Assembly (NCBI GenBank): GCA_049512315.1
Contig: JBEKXF010000017.1
Span: 49,018 to 69,017, forward strand
Direction: 5' to 3'
Length of the DNA stretch: 20,000 bases
DNA from: Candidatus Aminicenantales bacterium
GTDB taxonomy: Bacteria; Acidobacteriota; Aminicenantia; Aminicenantales; Saccharicenantaceae
A program made the translations under genes and the position numbers. This document shows positions 16,013 to 20,000 of the stretch, one piece after another; the first letter of the stretch is position 1, and each line of letters opens with the position of its first letter. Under the pieces are notes generated by a model. It searched no databases, had not been told where the DNA came from, and saw nothing but the letters and a program-made list of their open reading frames with translations.

Positions 16013-17977
16013 CTATCGTTCAGGCTTTTTCGCGGCGACCCCGAATTTCTGGATGCGGCTGGCCGATTTTTCGACGATGATAACGTCACCCTTGTCATTA
16101 ACTGCCACGCCGGCCGGGTTGGACATCTGGGCGCCGGAAGGCCTGGTCCCGCCCCAATTGGAGGAAACCAGCTTGCCGTCCGGAGTGAACTTCTGGATCC
16201 GGTTGTTTCCAGTATCGGCCACATAGACATAGCCGTTTTCATCAATGCAAAGCCCAAAAGGTTGGTTCAACTCGCCGTCATCCGAGCCTTGTTTTCCGAA
16301 CTCGGCGATGTACGCGCCGTCAGGGGTGAATTTCTGGACCCTGGAATTCCCGCTATCGACGACATAAATTTCGCCACTGAGACTTACAGCGACGCCGGTC
16401 GGAGAATAGAAATCCCCCTGCCCGGAGCCTTTCTTCCCCCAAAACTTTTTAAAAACCCCGACAGGTGAATACTTGACGACGCGGTGGTTCCTCGTGTCGG
16501 CTACATAGACATCGTTGTTCCTGTCAATGGCGATGCCCGTCGGAGCGTCGAGCTCGCCGTTCCTCGCGCCTCGTCGCCCCCATTTGAAGATCTCCCGGCC
16601 GTTCCTGTCGAATTTCACCACCCGGGAGCTTCCGAAGTCCGTGACGTAAATGTTATCCTGACTGTCGAAGGCGATGCCGGCCGGCAGGTCCAGCTTCCGG
16701 ATCGTCAAGCCGGGGTCGCTCCAGATCTGGATCCCGAATTCCGGAGTGAACTTGCGAACCTTGAAATCGCTCTCGTCGGCGATATAGATGCTCCCAGACT
16801 TGTCCACCGCCACGGCCTTGGGGAGCCTGAGGAACTTGCCGTCCGGCCCGCCCAATTTCCTGAGCTGAACATAATTCTTGACCGTCATGATGGCTGATAC
16901 CTGGAGAGGCCCCGATCCTTCAACGACCTGGCAGGGCCCTTCCCAGTCCGCGTAGTTTTCAAGCGTCAGCTTGAGCCTGTGCTCGGCATATCGGACGTAG
17001 GACAGCTCGCATTCGGTGGTCCTGCCGGTATCCTGGCCGTCGAGGGACACGCTGGCGCCCGGGGGGGTCGAGCTGACTTTGATCGTCCGGCCGACACTCT
17101 GCAGGGAGTAGCTTTTCTCCGAGGCCGTTTCGGTCAGGAAGACGGAGTCTTTGACCGTCCCGTACCCTTCTTTTTCGATCTCCAGGGTGAGTTTTGGATT
17201 CTTTGTCTGGTAGACATAAGGAGAGCTGCCGACGACCTTGCCGTCGATTCTGACGGTCGCTTCCTTGGGTTCGGTCGAGATCGTGTACGTATATTCGACG
17301 ACCAGGCCCTTGTACTGCTTTTCGGCGTTATCGAGGAGGCTGCTGATGGCCGGCTCGGAGATATACCGGGTTATCGATTTGGCGAAAACATAATCTACCT
17401 CGAACATGTTCCGGAACTCACGGATGGCCCCGGAACTGTCTCCCAGCCTCGCTTCCGCGACCCCGAGCAAACAATAGATGTCGCAGGCGGTCTGCTTCTG
17501 TTTCTGACGATCCTCGAGGCTGAAGACCTTGGCGATGAGAGGCCGGAGATTCTCTGCGGCCTGGGCCAAGTCTTTTTCCTGGTTGATCAACTCCTTGTTT
17601 TCCTCGATCCTATTGTCGAGTTGCGCGCCGATTTCCTCCTGGGTTTTGCCCCTATCCGCGGGATTAGCGGCCGTCGCAGCCTCGTTTTCGCTGACTTCCT
17701 CGACGACCTCCTTATGGATGAAACCCGTTATTTTGACCCCGTTTTGTTCCAGGGTCACCTTATAGAATTCCCCTTGTCGGCCCTCGGAATCCAGGAACCT
17801 GTTGAGGGCCACGTTAGCCAGCTTTTGACTGCCCATACTCGGAGCCACCCGAATGGCTGAATTATCAACCGTGACTTTCAGCTTGGCCCCGGCCGCGGGA
17901 GCGGGCCGAAAGAAGACGATCAGGAGGAGCACGACAGCTGAGGAGACCCCGATGATTTGACCCTTTTTTACCGGCAT
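16013..17977 (-). CDS. Exported multidomain protein: SH3-like, TPR-like, 2x PEGA and NHL-repeat beta-propeller
   Basis: Likely start is ATG 17977 (AGGAGG 8 nt upstream); alternatives are 17983 and 18016. Signal peptide; SH3b-like SAIRVAPSMGS...FYKVT...TGFIH; TPR-like IYCLLGVAEARLGDSSGAIREF; PEGA motifs ISTEPKEATVRIDG and VSSTPPGASVSLDG; six NHL repeats (PxGIAxD...YVADT.N.RIQKF). Confidence 0.88.
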   Translation of the reverse strand: MPVKKGQIIGVSSAVVLLLIVFFRPAPAAGAKLKVTVDNSAIRVAPSMGSQKLANVALNRFLDSEGRQGEFYKVTLEQNGVKITGFIHKEVVEEVSENEAATAANPADRGKTQEEIGAQLDNRIEENKELINQEKDLAQAAENLRPLIAKVFSLEDRQKQKQTACDIYCLLGVAEARLGDSSGAIREFRNMFEVDYVFAKSITRYISEPAISSLLDNAEKQYKGLVVEYTYTISTEPKEATVRIDGKVVGSSPYVYQTKNPKLTLEIEKEGYGTVKDSVFLTETASEKSYSLQSVGRTIKVSSTPPGASVSLDGQDTGRTTECELSYVRYAEHRLKLTLENYADWEGPCQVVEGSGPLQVSAIMTVKNYVQLRKLGGPDGKFLRLPKAVAVDKSGSIYIADESDFKVRKFTPEFGIQIWSDPGLTIRKLDLPAGIAFDSQDNIYVTDFGSSRVVKFDRNGREIFKWGRRGARNGELDAPTGIAIDRNNDVYVADTRNHRVVKYSPVGVFKKFWGKKGSGQGDFYSPTGVAVSLSGEIYVVDSGNSRVQKFTPDGAYIAEFGKQGSDDGELNQPFGLCIDENGYVYVADTGNNRIQKFTPDGKLVSSNWGGTRPSGAQMSNPAGVAVNDKGDVIIVEKSASRIQKFGVAAKKPER

Positions 17978-18012
17978 CCCCATTTCCTCCTTCCGTCGGC
18001 TCGTCGACAGTA

Positions 18013-19791
18013 TCAACGAATATTGACGATCTTCCAGGCGCCGGCTACTTTTTTCAATTCCCAGGTTCTCTGCCCCTCAAAGACCATTTTCTTCTTCCCA
18101 TCCCTCCGATCCTTGCCGTATATCCTCTGAGAGAACCTGAGGGTCACGTTCGAGCGGTCGGCAAAAGCGAATGACTTATCATCGTCGATGCGCGACGTGA
18201 TCCCGTCGTAGCCGTTGAACCATTCTTTGTATTTACGCCGGGCCTCAGAGACCAGGGCCGGCGAATCGAAATGGCTGAGCACGGTGGGGAGGTCGTTGTT
18301 TTCCTCCGCCACGCGGTGCTGCTCGAGAATATCTCGGATGTCTTGTCTTGACAGGGCGGTATCCGCTTGGAACAGGTATTTCCGGGCGGCCCCGTTGTTA
18401 CTGTCCAGTTTCAGGACCTTCTCCATGGCCTCGACGCAGGCCGGGAGATCGCCGTTGTTGTAGCTGGCGATCCCCGTCTCCAGGATGGAGGCCACTTGTC
18501 CATTGATCCGCTCGGACCTGGCGCCTTCCCTGGCTTTATCCAGATAATCCCGGGCCACAGGATCCGTCGGGTCCTCGGATAGCATTTTCTCGGCCAGCCG
18601 GACCGTTCCTTCATAGTCCTCACGCTCCAGACCCTCCTTGAGCTTGGCCACCTTTTCTTCGGCCGGGGATACCGCGGGTCCCTGAGACGGGCCCGCCGCA
18701 CGGGTGGCTGGGGTTTTCTCTCCATCTTTCGACGTCTGAAGACCGGCGGCTGCCGTCACGGACCCTCCGCCTCTCCCCCTCGAGAGGATCAGATAGCCGA
18801 CTACAGCCAGGAGGACAAAGACGGCCAGCCCCCCAGCCAGGGCGAGAGGCTTTGTTTTCCTGGCGGGCGCCTTCTCGGGCTCTGTCGTCCCGGATCCGTA
18901 CGCCCGGGTCGCCTCGGCGAAATTCTCGGGGTCGGCGAGAGCTTCGACGAGCTCCCGGCCGCTCTGGTAGCGGTCATCGGGGCTCTTGGCCAGCGCCTTC
19001 TTGATCACGGCCTCATAGCCCCGCGGCAGGCTGTGGTTGATCTCCGTAACCTGCGGCGGCTCTTCGTTAACGATCTTGTAGACGATCGTGGAGAGGTTGT
19101 CTCCCGCGAACGGCTTTTTCCCGGTCAGGAGCTCGTAGAGGATGACTCCCAGGGCGAACAGGTCTGCCCGGTGATCCACGGGGTTTCCCAGGACCTGCTC
19201 CGGCGACATGTAGCTGAGCGTCCCGATGGTCTTCCCCGGCCCGGTCATCGTGGACGTTTCGATGCGGGCCACCCCGAAGTCGGCCAGGAACGGCCTCCCG
19301 CTCTTGTCGAGCAGGATGTTGGCGGGCTTGATATCGCGATGGATGATCCCGTTCCGGTGGGCGAAATCTAAGGCCGCGGCGACCGGCCTGAGCAGGTCGA
19401 TGACCTCCTGAGGCGAGAACCTTTTTCCCGAATCGATCAGCTCCTGGAGGCTCTTCCCGTCCACGTACTGCATGATGATGAAGGTCAGATCGCTCTCCCG
19501 GATGACGTCGTAGATGGTGATGATATTGGGATGGTTGAGGCGGCCCGCGGCCTTGGCTTCCCGGACGAACCGGGCCAGCATCTCTTCTTTCTCCTCGCCT
19601 TCGGTCAACGCGTCGAAGCGGATGGTCTTGACGGCCACCTCCCGCTCGATGTCCGGGTCCAGGCCCTTGTAGACGATTCCCATCCCCCCTCTCCCGAGGG
19701 TCCCGAGGATCTTGTATTTCCCTATTTTTTCTGCGGGAGGCCGTTGGTAGGCCGGCAGGTTGCGCAAGGAAGACGACCTCTTCCCCTTCAT
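18013..19791 (-). CDS. Hanks-type transmembrane Ser/Thr protein kinase with extracytoplasmic TPR and NTF2/SnoaL-like region
   Basis: Kinase motifs LGRGGMG, VAVK, HRDIKPANI, ADFG and GTLSYMSPEQ. One TM helix LALAGGLAVFVLLAVVGYLIL. TPR-like helices. C-terminal IRDILEQHRVAEENNDL...WELKKVAGAWKIV. Confidence 0.95.
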   Translation of the reverse strand: MKGKRSSSLRNLPAYQRPPAEKIGKYKILGTLGRGGMGIVYKGLDPDIEREVAVKTIRFDALTEGEEKEEMLARFVREAKAAGRLNHPNIITIYDVIRESDLTFIIMQYVDGKSLQELIDSGKRFSPQEVIDLLRPVAAALDFAHRNGIIHRDIKPANILLDKSGRPFLADFGVARIETSTMTGPGKTIGTLSYMSPEQVLGNPVDHRADLFALGVILYELLTGKKPFAGDNLSTIVYKIVNEEPPQVTEINHSLPRGYEAVIKKALAKSPDDRYQSGRELVEALADPENFAEATRAYGSGTTEPEKAPARKTKPLALAGGLAVFVLLAVVGYLILSRGRGGGSVTAAAGLQTSKDGEKTPATRAAGPSQGPAVSPAEEKVAKLKEGLEREDYEGTVRLAEKMLSEDPTDPVARDYLDKAREGARSERINGQVASILETGIASYNNGDLPACVEAMEKVLKLDSNNGAARKYLFQADTALSRQDIRDILEQHRVAEENNDLPTVLSHFDSPALVSEARRKYKEWFNGYDGITSRIDDDKSFAFADRSNVTLRFSQRIYGKDRRDGKKKMVFEGQRTWELKKVAGAWKIVNIR

Positions 19792-19824
19792 AACCCTGGT
19801 CCTTTCACACTGATAGGTGATTAA

Positions 19825-19853
19825 AAAATATAAGAGAGGGCCTTTATTGTCAA
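19825..19853 (-). promoter_or_regulatory. Sigma-70 promoter for the kinase operon
   Basis: Minus strand TTGACA-17 bp-TATTTT, 33 bp upstream of the ATG. Confidence 0.55.
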
Positions 19854-19881
19854 GAAGAATGTCAAGGGCTCTTCCCCGGGC

Positions 19882-20000
19882 TGTTGCGGCAACGTGATAA
19901 TTTCCGCTTTGGGCAACGTGAATATTTCCGCTTTTTTGGGCTAAGGTACTCCTCCGGACAGGAGGAGGGCCGGCCCCGTGCGAGAGGAACTGATCACGTT
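19882..20000 (+). mobile_element. Left end of an insertion sequence, IS1202 (ISNCY)-like
   Basis: Starts with TGT, followed by two 23-bp subterminal direct repeats GGCAACGTGA(TA/AT)ATTTCCGCTTT (19888-19910 and 19912-19934). An RBS and an ORF start follow and run off the window. Confidence 0.7.
19978..20000 (+). CDS. Putative transposase N-terminus (partial)
   Basis: AGGAGGAGG RBS followed by GTG CGA GAG GAA CTG ATC ACG TT (MREELIT...). Only 7 full codons are visible, so the identity is inferred from the IS-end context. Confidence 0.5.

Noticed and set aside
477..20000. Selenoprotein (UGA read-through) genes linked to selC
   Set aside because: Genes ending in TGA appear complete at the stop. 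No in-frame TGA at a Cys-like catalytic position with a following SECIS-like hairpin was noticed, and selA, selB and selD are not in the window.

Overview
GC-rich bacterial genomic DNA, probably from an Acidobacteriota/Aminicenantes-like diderm (inferred from gene content only). The left end holds the 3' part of a tyrosine integrase that stops 8 nt before a complete selenocysteine tRNA gene (selC, anticodon TCA), with att-arm-like motifs on both sides of the tRNA. Next come a sigma-54-driven TonB-dependent receptor, a 95-bp inverted-repeat element fused to a thermonuclease fragment, and a lipoprotein built from six 219-bp kelch-like repeats. Further right are a secreted M14 metallopeptidase, a GH106-type glycoside hydrolase split by a 1-nt frameshift, a FemAB-like GNAT plus an LPG-synthase-TM flippase-like gene, a Tat-exported Gfo/Idh/MocA oxidoreductase, and a Ser/Thr kinase paired with an SH3-TPR-PEGA-NHL gene. 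The window ends at the left end of an IS1202-like insertion sequence. All family assignments come from motif recognition by eye; no database searches were run.
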